A stretch of 26,497 nt of DNA, taken from assembly GCF_002803295.2 (NCBI RefSeq), contig NZ_PGGB02000002.1, positions 37,252 through 63,748 of the forward strand, written 5' to 3'. This document shows positions 7,738 to 15,911 of this stretch, in pieces. The stretch comes from Caedibacter taeniospiralis. GTDB taxonomy: Bacteria > Pseudomonadota > Gammaproteobacteria > Francisellales > Francisellaceae. The notes under the pieces are model-generated. The model was given only the letters and a program-made list of their open reading frames with translations, ran no database searches and was not told the origin of the DNA. A program made the translations under genes and the position numbers. Within the stretch, counting starts at the first letter, position 1, and each line of letters begins with the position of its first letter.

Positions 7738-7860
7738 ATGACCATATTTCCACCTGCTCTAATGGTGCTAAGCCCCCATGCGCTTTGAAAAACACCCTAC
7801 CTCGCAAGCCCCTTGAAAAGAGGGGAATAAGCGGCAGGTGGGCGGGAAGATGGAAGATGA
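7738..7860. repeat. Composite repeat block: REP-like unit (7772-7800), a small hairpin, and a module shared with the window end
   Basis: 7805-7858 aligns collinearly with the reverse complement of 26428-26497. The exact blocks are aaagaggggaat (12 nt), gtgggc and ggaagatgg. The minus strand of 7772-7800 reads GTAGGGTGtttttcaaAGCGCATGGGGGC. The 8-mers ccacctgc (7750-7757) and gcaggtgg (7834-7841) form an inverted pair. Confidence 0.55.
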
Positions 7861-7968
7861 TCGGTGCCGTCTTTATGTAAGCAGAAGACCTGCAGGCGGA
7901 TACATTCCAAACTTGTGAGTTTAGAATGCGGCTGGGAGGAAGCTTAGCTTGAAACAAAGTATAAAATA

Positions 7969-8211
7969 TCAGGATTCGTAAGGGTTTTTAACGCGTACAG
8001 GGGTTGTTTTCTCGTCTCTGCTATTAATTCCTAGCTGACCGTAGTAATTATCACCCCAACAATATAAGCCGCCGGTGATATCAATGGCACATGTATGGTA
8101 GAGACCTAAACTTACCTGAGTTACCTGATCAACCTTTAAACCTTCGCCAGGGTGGACTTTTACAGGAACAGAACTGGCGGTGTTTTGATTATTTCCTATT
8201 TGTCCAAACAT
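7969..8211 (-). CDS. C-terminal RCC1 blade fragment (end of blade 6 plus blade 7) of the interrupted giant lipoprotein gene
   Basis: It is in frame with 8242-9906, separated by TAG 8242-8244 plus 10 sense codons (PGGLYCWGYN). It contains GLYCWGDNYYGQLG. It is not credible as an independent gene. Confidence 0.55.
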   Translation of the reverse strand: MFGQIGNNQNTASSVPVKVHPGEGLKVDQVTQVSLGLYHTCAIDITGGLYCWGDNYYGQLGINSRDEKTTPVRVKNPYES

Positions 8212-8241
8212 GTTATAACCCCAGCAGTATAATCCTCCTGG

Positions 8242-9906
8242 CTAGGTAATTGCACATTGTGATTTATCTCCACCAGAAAATCCTAACGTGGCAATGCGAT
8301 TTGACGTGAACCCTTCTGTTCCATCACTAATTTTTGTTGCCTGAGAGTGAATGCCTGTGTTCGCATCCCCCTGACCTAAAGCCCCTAGCATATTATTTCC
8401 CCAACTATATAGCTGGTGATTGGAGTCAATAGCGTATGCTGCATTATAACCTAAACTTACTGAGCTAATGTGACTACTATCAAAACCTGATGCTAAATTG
8501 CTTGGTACTTTAACAGGATTATAAGCCAAGGTGCTAGATTCTGTGCCTGTGATAGCATTCCGTTGATTTCCCCAGCAATATAAACTATTGGATAGGGTTA
8601 TGGCACAAATACTATCTCGAACTACACTTATTTCTTTTACATGATCAGAATCAAATCTATCTTCACCAAAACCCACTGATTCTAATTTAACAGGGGTGCT
8701 TTTAACTATCATTGCAAAATCATCATTAACATCAAACACGCCCCAGTAATAAAGTGATTGCTTGTCTCCTTGTTGACTAATAGCATAAATTGCTCCTGTA
8801 CCTATCGCAACACTAATAACATTGTCAGGATTAAAACCCTCGCTGCCTGCCTTTATTTTTTGAGGAGTGGCTTGCCTTGTGACATCTAGAGATGTTGTGA
8901 GCTGTCCATATTGATTATTGCCCCAACAATAAAGTTGATGATTATCTGTAATGGCACAAGTATTTTGGCGACCAACTGAAACAGATAAGACATTATCTGG
9001 AGTAAAACCCTGATCTCCAGCAACAACCGCGGTGGGGGTAGATATGTATGACTTATTTCCTATTCCATCTCCCAATTCTCCCCACGCACCACTACCCCAG
9101 CAATATAATTTATGCCGATAATCAATTGCGCAGGTTGTACTGTTACCAGAAGCTACCTGCAACCAGGGATAAACCATCTTAGTATTAATGGTAATGTTTT
9201 GTGCGCTGGCATTTTCGGCATTAACCACTAACCTGGATTCGTAGCTGGCATCCCAAGAGCTGACTGTCGCAGGATTAGCAGGATAGTTTCCGCTTAAAGT
9301 CACCGCACAGCTTTCGCCAACTCCTAAGGTTTTACCGTCACAGTTGCTTGACAGTAATACGCCAGGAGAACCAATTGCGTCAATAGTTTCCAGTGCATTT
9401 GCTTTTAATGTAACAGAACGCACTCCTGTATTTTTCACCCAGATAGTCGTTTTGAACTCAGGATTACTATATAGCTCAAGGGCTCTGGTCTGTGGCTGAT
9501 CATCACTATCCACCAGCGTAAACTCTTCTGAGGTTATTATGGTATTAAAGCTTGCTTTGGCATTCTCATGCAGGTTGTTACCCACTTCATCAGCCAATAA
9601 CCGTACTTCAACAGCGCTGGTCGTTACTGGCGCATCTTTTGCCACTTTAATATAGGCGGTGCATGATTCCCCTGGGGCAAGACTGTCTTTGACACTGCAA
9701 GAATCATCGGCATCCGAATAGCTTAGTGACAGCCCCTCGTGTGTGCCATTTATCATAAGATATGAGCCAATAGTAGCGCCTTGATAAGTTCTAAGGGTAA
9801 ACGGTCCATTATTGGTAACCGTCAACGGGTACTCAAGGTCGGTCGTATCTGAAATGGGCATAACTGTTGGTATCTGTATTGTGGCTGTGCTCTTTTGAAT
9901 TATCAC
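8242..9906 (-). CDS. Middle segment of the interrupted giant gene: two Cys-pair beta-sandwich domains plus RCC1 blades 1-6
   Basis: The track start is GTG at 9906, and the frame stays open upstream to the TAG at 9982-9984. Motifs are DDSCSVKDSLAPGESC and SSNCDGKTLGVGESC, followed by repeated CAI(T/D)....LY(C/S/Y)WG...G.LG blades. Confidence 0.7.
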   Translation of the reverse strand: MIIQKSTATIQIPTVMPISDTTDLEYPLTVTNNGPFTLRTYQGATIGSYLMINGTHEGLSLSYSDADDSCSVKDSLAPGESCTAYIKVAKDAPVTTSAVEVRLLADEVGNNLHENAKASFNTIITSEEFTLVDSDDQPQTRALELYSNPEFKTTIWVKNTGVRSVTLKANALETIDAIGSPGVLLSSNCDGKTLGVGESCAVTLSGNYPANPATVSSWDASYESRLVVNAENASAQNITINTKMVYPWLQVASGNSTTCAIDYRHKLYCWGSGAWGELGDGIGNKSYISTPTAVVAGDQGFTPDNVLSVSVGRQNTCAITDNHQLYCWGNNQYGQLTTSLDVTRQATPQKIKAGSEGFNPDNVISVAIGTGAIYAISQQGDKQSLYYWGVFDVNDDFAMIVKSTPVKLESVGFGEDRFDSDHVKEISVVRDSICAITLSNSLYCWGNQRNAITGTESSTLAYNPVKVPSNLASGFDSSHISSVSLGYNAAYAIDSNHQLYSWGNNMLGALGQGDANTGIHSQATKISDGTEGFTSNRIATLGFSGGDKSQCAIT

Positions 9907-9981
9907 TTCTGCCGAGTTTACCTTGGTTTTCCCTGAATTATCCTTATAGTTTAGGTGAAGATAAGCAGACTCTCCTGTATG

Positions 9982-12900
9982 CTAGGCATCCTTATCGGCA
10001 TGAAGCGTGATATTACAGCTTTGTTTGGCAGCTAAGACGCCTGTGCACTGATTGCTTTGAATGCTGATGCCATAAAGGGTGTCATCAAGCTGTGCCTGAA
10101 CTAATTCAAGTGCCTGACTGGTCTGATTGGTAAAGGTAATGGTATGTTGTTCTGTTGCAATGGTGACGGGTGAAACACTGATCGCTTGGTTCGCCACAAA
10201 AATAGCAGGGTGAGTAACATCACTATTGGCAGCACCCAACGCTAAATAATGTGAGTTTGTATTGTCTGCGAGATTATCCTTATACATTGTAAGAGCCTCT
10301 GCTGCGGATGACTTAAGCGCAATGTCCAGTCTTGCCTTTTGATTGGGAGCCTGGTAGCTCAACATGATTTTGCCTGGTTGTTCGGGTAATACCAGTTTAT
10401 TGCCATTGAACTTGACAAAGGCGATCTCCTGATACAGTTCATCGGGCATATTGCTGAAATCCACATAGGCATTATTGAGTCCTGTGGTGGATGAAAAGGA
10501 AAGTACAGAAGTATTATCAGGAATAAAATCTACGGTTACATTTCCTTGCTCAAAGTCCATGGATTTCTGACTATCTACCGCCGTTGTATCAAACTGCATA
10601 ATCGTTTCAGTCATAAGGTTTTGAGTCTCCAGATCTTCAATCTCAAACTTAAGCTCGCCCTTAAACTCTGCACTTAGGTCACTTAAGGTGACATTGAATT
10701 GAAGTGTGGCCTTTTCACCAGGTTGCAAAGTAACACCCTGACTGCCATCCCATAAATTACCATTGACCATGGGGGCACTTGTATCAAACAGAGCACCCGC
10801 GGGAGCAGTGACATTGACCAGCTTGATACTGTGAGTATTAATATTGGTGAACTCAGCTTGAGCTAGGGCTGTTTTTCCTATTAAAATAGTTTGCGGGATC
10901 AGCGATTTTGGTGTCATCAACATATTATCCAGTGCGGGATTAAGCAAAATGCTACCGACAGGCGCTTCTTGCAGATTCCCCACCTTTTTACTCATTAAAA
11001 CATAATTCCCTGACGGAAGGTCTTTGTCGTGAGCAATAAGCGCAATCGTTGCCTGGGCCCCATCGGCAACTCCTTTGGTGACGGAGTTTCCTTTGGTGCT
11101 ATCGGTAATTTCAATCTTATCTGAAGATACAACATTACCCTGGGCATCACGTACTTCAAAGGCATCAGCCACTGAAGTAATTCCAAAAATACTAAAGCTA
11201 TTATTGGCTATGCCATCATCACTATTGCTAAGAATAACATCCGTTGTGCTGGTTTCACCCTGAGTCTTAGGCAGATGCATGATGATATAACCCGATGCAG
11301 ATTTTGCGGTTAATGATGCCGATGCAATATTGAGCGATATATCACTTTCATAAACATTCCCTTCGAGCCCTTCTACGTTCAAAGATACTTTCATTGTGTG
11401 TTGACCGTTGGGTACTTCTTGAGCCGCAGTTAATGTGATAATCTGATCCGCGTCAGGCATGATTTCGCCGCTTAGCTTATCCGCTTGTATCCCTAGCGGA
11501 AGATCACTAATCGTAAAGGTAACCAGTTTGGATGTTGGATTCGTGAGTTTTAAGTATTTTTGACCTGGAGCGATATACGAAACACTTGAGGGTTCAAAAT
11601 GCACAATACTGGTAGAAACTGAAACAGCAGGATAAATCGTTGCATGATTGTTGCTTTTTAGCGCAATTATTTTGTTCGTTACGTTTTGGTTAAGTGCAAC
11701 CTGTGCATTTTTAAGTGCATTCAAATTATCGCTTGTAAGGGCGAAATCAAGATGGATATGCTTATGTGCTTTTGGTAATAAATCCCCTGATAAGGTTAAA
11801 ATACCCGTGTCAGGATTATAACCATTACCTGAGAAACTCTGGTAAATTGCTGCATCCAATTTGGATAAATCCAGCGTAATATTTTGCGCACGTACACTGC
11901 CCTGGTTATCAATCACTACATCCAGACCTGTGCTGGCGTCAACATTGATACCATTGAGGCTTTGCAAGCTTGTATCAAGTGTAGAGGAAGCAACAAATTG
12001 AGTATTAAAGGCAGGTGTTGCATAAATTACGCTGTCATTATTGAATGCTAAGCGCAATATTCCGTTGACACTGACACCTTCTGTGGCTGTCACACGACAT
12101 TGATAAACTTTTGTTTTACCAGGTTCAATGATTTCTCCTGCTTTAAGATCTCCACAATCCCAGGAAGCGCCATCACTATGGACATCACTGAAATCAACGG
12201 CTGATATTGTCAATATCGTTTCACCAGGATTAGCGATTTTAAAACTCATCAAGCCCTGGTTGCCTGGCGCTACTCTAGCAGGAAGTGACTGCATCATAAT
12301 GACATTGGCACCCTCCGGAGAAGCTTGCAAATCAATCATCGCAATCGTGGCGGATTTAACGTTGTTTTTCGCAATGGCATTGAGTTTATATGTACCTAAA
12401 GCCGCATCTTTATTGCTTGATTGAATACCAATCTGACAACTGTTACCTGGTAGCAACTGAGCACCTTTACAGGAGTTCATTGGACTATCAACAATTTTCA
12501 AATCACCCCCAGCCACACTAAACTGATCACTTAGTTTATCGGCTAGATAGGCGATATATTTGCCTTTATTGACGATATTCAGGTAGCTTGCTTTGGCGTT
12601 GGTCGAGCTGTTTGATCTTAAAACAACAGGATTATCTTCCTCTACACTTAACTGGGTACTGGCATCAATGAGTGCGGTTAAATTGACGGAATACATGTGC
12701 CCTGAGCTATCACTTAAAATAGCGTTAAATGGATACTCTCCTGAGATGGCGTTTTTTGCTGCTGACACCTTAAATTCGATGCTATCACCTGGCAATACCT
12801 GGTCTCCTGAGCCAACACTAGAAATAATGCTAATATATTGCGGATGATCAACAGAGAATTCTAAAGAGTTGAAACGCAGTTTACCTGCATTGCTTGGAAT

Positions 12901-13884
12901 CGTAAGAATAATACTGTCATTATTTCCCTTAGAGATGGAGACAGCCTTGTTACTCATATCAAAGGGTTTATCGCTGGCAGTAAGCGCAGGCGCTACTTTA
13001 TTGGCTGCCGTCGCGCTCCCCACATAAAGCTCATTGATTTCCAAAGCACCATTATTCTCTAAACTACTAAGTAAGTTAGCATCTTTTAATACCTCTGATG
13101 CCTGACCTTTGACAAAGAACGTAATCTTTTGACTTCCTGCAGCAGGAATATTAGGAACAATAATACGTTTTTTCTTCTCGTAATAAATACCACCTGCTAA
13201 TGTATTCCAATCTATGGCGTTAATTAACGCATCTGGTAGCTGCGTAAGATCGATGTACGTACCGTTGATTGCTGAGTCTGCTGTGTTATTTAAAATAAAT
13301 TCTGTTTGAGCATTTGGACGTATGCTGGCAGCCTTAGAGGAGGATACCGCTGAAGTCAGTGCAAGCTGATCCGCCGGTACAAAGTGTGTATCAATGGCGA
13401 TTTTAGAAGAAATATCACCGCTATTAGATTTTGCTGAAAATATTAAGTTTCCTGTGATGCTTGAGTTGTCACTACCACTTACAGCTATAAATTGAGAGCA
13501 GCTCTCCCCTGGGTTTAAGTGAGCACCAACTACACCATTCCAACAAGCTTTATTCGCGCCGACCTGTGCTGTTTGATCCAAAGTAAATTCAACACTGGCA
13601 TTACCTGTTTTATTCGTCTGGTCAGATAATCCTGTAATGATCATCGTGTTATCACTTACCGTGCCTGCGCCAACTATTGAAGACAATGTTACGGGGTTGC
13701 TTAGTTTAATTTCCATTACGCCATCGGCATCGGAGGCGATGGTTTGAGGAAGAGAAATGACGGATGTCAGATTTAATGGCGTTGCAGGCGTGACATTTCC
13801 GCCATTTCCTTCGCTGCCGCCACCACATCCGCCAAGAAGGGTTGCTAACATCAGTGAACTTAAGTGTTTTTTAGTGATCTTCAT
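9982..13884 (-). CDS. Giant surface lipoprotein, N-terminal 1300 aa: a lipobox followed by many beta-sandwich domains resembling choice-of-anchor-D/ASH folds
   Basis: The lipobox is MKITKKHLSSLMLATLLGG/CGGGS. The C....L.PG.SC motif recurs (ACWNGVVGAHLNPGESC; SCKGAQLLPGNSC; QCTGVLAAKQSC). The gene ends at an in-frame TAG that cuts through a domain. Confidence 0.85.
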   Translation of the reverse strand: MKITKKHLSSLMLATLLGGCGGGSEGNGGNVTPATPLNLTSVISLPQTIASDADGVMEIKLSNPVTLSSIVGAGTVSDNTMIITGLSDQTNKTGNASVEFTLDQTAQVGANKACWNGVVGAHLNPGESCSQFIAVSGSDNSSITGNLIFSAKSNSGDISSKIAIDTHFVPADQLALTSAVSSSKAASIRPNAQTEFILNNTADSAINGTYIDLTQLPDALINAIDWNTLAGGIYYEKKKRIIVPNIPAAGSQKITFFVKGQASEVLKDANLLSSLENNGALEINELYVGSATAANKVAPALTASDKPFDMSNKAVSISKGNNDSIILTIPSNAGKLRFNSLEFSVDHPQYISIISSVGSGDQVLPGDSIEFKVSAAKNAISGEYPFNAILSDSSGHMYSVNLTALIDASTQLSVEEDNPVVLRSNSSTNAKASYLNIVNKGKYIAYLADKLSDQFSVAGGDLKIVDSPMNSCKGAQLLPGNSCQIGIQSSNKDAALGTYKLNAIAKNNVKSATIAMIDLQASPEGANVIMMQSLPARVAPGNQGLMSFKIANPGETILTISAVDFSDVHSDGASWDCGDLKAGEIIEPGKTKVYQCRVTATEGVSVNGILRLAFNNDSVIYATPAFNTQFVASSTLDTSLQSLNGINVDASTGLDVVIDNQGSVRAQNITLDLSKLDAAIYQSFSGNGYNPDTGILTLSGDLLPKAHKHIHLDFALTSDNLNALKNAQVALNQNVTNKIIALKSNNHATIYPAVSVSTSIVHFEPSSVSYIAPGQKYLKLTNPTSKLVTFTISDLPLGIQADKLSGEIMPDADQIITLTAAQEVPNGQHTMKVSLNVEGLEGNVYESDISLNIASASLTAKSASGYIIMHLPKTQGETSTTDVILSNSDDGIANNSFSIFGITSVADAFEVRDAQGNVVSSDKIEITDSTKGNSVTKGVADGAQATIALIAHDKDLPSGNYVLMSKKVGNLQEAPVGSILLNPALDNMLMTPKSLIPQTILIGKTALAQAEFTNINTHSIKLVNVTAPAGALFDTSAPMVNGNLWDGSQGVTLQPGEKATLQFNVTLSDLSAEFKGELKFEIEDLETQNLMTETIMQFDTTAVDSQKSMDFEQGNVTVDFIPDNTSVLSFSSTTGLNNAYVDFSNMPDELYQEIAFVKFNGNKLVLPEQPGKIMLSYQAPNQKARLDIALKSSAAEALTMYKDNLADNTNSHYLALGAANSDVTHPAIFVANQAISVSPVTIATEQHTITFTNQTSQALELVQAQLDDTLYGISIQSNQCTGVLAAKQSCNITLHADKDA

Positions 13885-14054
13885 TCTGTTTTCCTTATGG
13901 TTTTTGATGTTTTTAACATCAGTTGTGATTTACGCTTACACCAAAGAAGATTCAATAATGACCTTCTCGATTTGGTGAGTGCATTTTATGACCAGAAAAC
14001 AGATTTGAAGAGTGGGGAAGTTTGTTGAATAAAAGGAATTTTTCCCAGGGGGAG
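13821..14054 (-). repeat. Copy B of the duplicated promoter/5'UTR/lipoprotein-signal module
   Basis: It is the gapless partner of 6731-6964 (see that entry). The candidate -10 TAAAAT is at 13983-13988 (minus strand), the dyad ggaatttttcc at 14035-14045, and the inverted repeat caccaaa/tttggtg at 13939-13945 / 13971-13977. Confidence 0.85.
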
Positions 14055-14227
14055 GCTAAGCTTGAAAAATCACTAATTGGAGTTACGTACTTTAGATTTT
14101 TTTTAAACTACAAAAGCCTTCTTTGAAGCCACTCCTTGGCTAACGGAGGGGAGTTTAACAAAAAGCTGTCAAATATTCCCATTCACTTGTGAAGCGGGTG
14201 GTTAAACCGTTGCATTGCTCACAGTAA

Positions 14228-15196
14228 TTAGAGAAATCCTGCTCCTTGTTGCATATCATCCTCTAGGCACTGAATAACATATTTGTCTATTTCCGCATTC
14301 ACTTTTTGAGACAAAATGATAACATCTGGATCTCGTGAAATTGTCCAGTCAGGTAGTAATTTTACTAATTGAGCTCGATCACTACTTGCTTTGACAAGTG
14401 TTTCATTAAGAATACCAATACCTAATCCCTGTTGAATAAGTTCCAATATGACAAACTCCATGCCCATCTTACAAACGATGTTCAGTTGAATTAGTTTTGT
14501 TGTGCCATCTTTCAATAATTGAATTTGCCCTGTTTCAAGAGGACTTCCAAGATAGTTGAGTCCAGTAAGATCATTTGGGTTTAAAATTGAATGCGTTAGT
14601 GAGTCTAAATATGGTTGACTCGTATATAATGCGAACTTCCCTTTAACTGTTTTAAGCACTATCCATTTATCCTGATCAAGCAAGTGTAAATGTTCTTTGA
14701 GTAAAAGTAGCATGTTAAAACTATCTGCAAGTTCCTGTAGGTGGGCACCGAAACGCGCAATCATTGTAGGTGTTATCACACCGATTTCAAAGGTTATTTG
14801 TGGGAATTTTTTTCGTAATTTTGCTAGTAGCAGCTTGGCAGCATAATGGTATCCCGCTGGAAATGCCAAGATCCTGTAAACAATATTTTGACGAATCGAT
14901 TCAAAATTGCTGAGATCTATTTCTAGGCGTTCTATTTTGGGTAAAATCACTGCATAAAGCTTGTGTCCAAGTGGAGTTAAGGCAATATTTTGAACACCAC
15001 TTTCACTATTTTTTAATAAAGGACCTTTGATAGCAAACTCCAGCTCGGCTAAGTAACGGCGCGCTGTTTTAATATCAATGTTAAGAGCATCAGCTGCTTT
15101 TTTACGTGAACCCTGTTGAACAAGTACTTTAAAATATACCAATTCCCGTGCGTACTTGAATAGGTTTACACTAAAACTACCGTTTTGAATGGTCAT
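14228..15196 (-). CDS. LysR-family transcriptional regulator (divergent member)
   Basis: The wHTH-like N-terminus is LVYFKVLVQQGSRKKAADALNIDIKTARRYLAELEFAIKGPLL...LTPLGHKLY. The protein is 322 aa, and an SD aaggag lies 6 nt upstream. It sits directly upstream of the giant lipoprotein gene on the same strand. Confidence 0.8.
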   Translation of the reverse strand: MTIQNGSFSVNLFKYARELVYFKVLVQQGSRKKAADALNIDIKTARRYLAELEFAIKGPLLKNSESGVQNIALTPLGHKLYAVILPKIERLEIDLSNFESIRQNIVYRILAFPAGYHYAAKLLLAKLRKKFPQITFEIGVITPTMIARFGAHLQELADSFNMLLLLKEHLHLLDQDKWIVLKTVKGKFALYTSQPYLDSLTHSILNPNDLTGLNYLGSPLETGQIQLLKDGTTKLIQLNIVCKMGMEFVILELIQQGLGIGILNETLVKASSDRAQLVKLLPDWTISRDPDVIILSQKVNAEIDKYVIQCLEDDMQQGAGFL

Positions 15197-15221
15197 TTAC
15201 TGCTCCTTTTCGAATGCTAAG

Positions 15222-15911
15222 TTATCCTTTTTTCAAAGGGTTATTGTGCTGCGAAGATAGCGGCTGAGAAAGAAGCCAGTCATTAAGCGTTTTTGCCAAC
15301 TGTTCTGCTAACTTATTTGCAGCTTGCGCGAAGCCTTGGGCGTCGGCACTGGTTTCCTGTTCCAGAGCAAATGTCTTAACTGAGACCGCCTGTCCGCTGT
15401 TAGCATCCGTCAGGGTATAAGTTACAGATAAAATGACTCTGCTATTATTGCCTTCTATGATTTGAGTAAGCTGGTTTAGATTGCCCGTTAGACGGTAATC
15501 GGCATAGCCAATAAAATTGCTTGAAACAACGCTTTTAAAGCTTCTGTAGTGTTGCAAAGCTTGTAACAGGTTTTTACCAAGCATTTGCTGTGGCTCAGCA
15601 GCCCATGCGTTTTGGGTATAACTTGATAGCTCAAAATTATGTTCGCGATAGTACATTTGGGTTGAGTTATAAGGTGAGTCGGCTGTTAATGGGGTGGCAA
15701 ACAAAGTCAGATCAAATGGCTTATTTGATGTTCGAATTCCAGCTTTTTGTGCTGTGTTGGCTTGATTTACTTGCAAGTTGGGAGAAAGAATTTGATATTG
15801 TTTGACCTGTGGCAAATCAACAGGCGATAAAATACTACAGCCACTAATGAGTTCAAAGCCTGCGGCAGCTGTCATAAGTTGTAGGGTTTTTAGATTAAGG
15901 TATTTACGCAT
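15222..15911 (-). CDS. ABC-type transport auxiliary lipoprotein (DUF330/PqiC-YmbA-like)
   Basis: The lipobox is ELISG/CSIL. The 229-aa size and the position as last gene after an MCE protein are typical of COG3218 components. Its start overlaps the upstream stop by 1 nt (TAATG). Confidence 0.75.
   Translation of the reverse strand: MRKYLNLKTLQLMTAAAGFELISGCSILSPVDLPQVKQYQILSPNLQVNQANTAQKAGIRTSNKPFDLTLFATPLTADSPYNSTQMYYREHNFELSSYTQNAWAAEPQQMLGKNLLQALQHYRSFKSVVSSNFIGYADYRLTGNLNQLTQIIEGNNSRVILSVTYTLTDANSGQAVSVKTFALEQETSADAQGFAQAANKLAEQLAKTLNDWLLSQPLSSQHNNPLKKG

Noticed and set aside
7932-7955. Imperfect direct repeats (ctgggaggaagcttagcttgaaac at 7932-7955 versus cagggggaggctaagcttgaaaaa at 14046-14069) flanking the giant gene, read as insertion or att scars. 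The shared 9-mer agttacgta at 7677-7685 and 14081-14089 was considered alongside.
   Set aside because: Only about 17/23 positions match, and one gap is needed. Exact 9-mers are expected by chance more than a thousand times in a 26 kb window. The positions are suggestive but not statistically defensible.
7709-7957. An 82-aa ORF on the minus strand
   Set aside because: It lies entirely within the mosaic of REP-like and composite repeats, has no SD or recognisable motif, and its composition is driven by the GC-rich repeats. It is most likely spurious.
8242-9906. The RCC1-repeat protein as a eukaryotic-like Dot/Icm-type secreted effector
   Set aside because: The RCC1 blades are in frame with, and C-terminal to, a lipoprotein carrying a lipobox and a beta-sandwich stalk. 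This architecture points to Sec/Lol export and surface display, not type IV translocation.
7969-13884. Genome-wide reassignment of TAG to a sense codon as the explanation for the two in-frame amber codons
   Set aside because: At least four other well-supported genes in this window terminate at TAG with sensible C-termini and gene junctions: 1786-2355, 3994-5046, 22294-23628 and 23818-25137. TAG is therefore a normal stop here. Only local readthrough or suppression, or pseudogenisation, remains possible.
13885-13990. A 10-codon upstream mini-ORF (MHSPNREGHY) in the giant gene's leader, considered as a leader peptide
   Set aside because: Its ATG is ATA in the paralogous copy (6795-6900), so it is not conserved within an otherwise well-conserved module.
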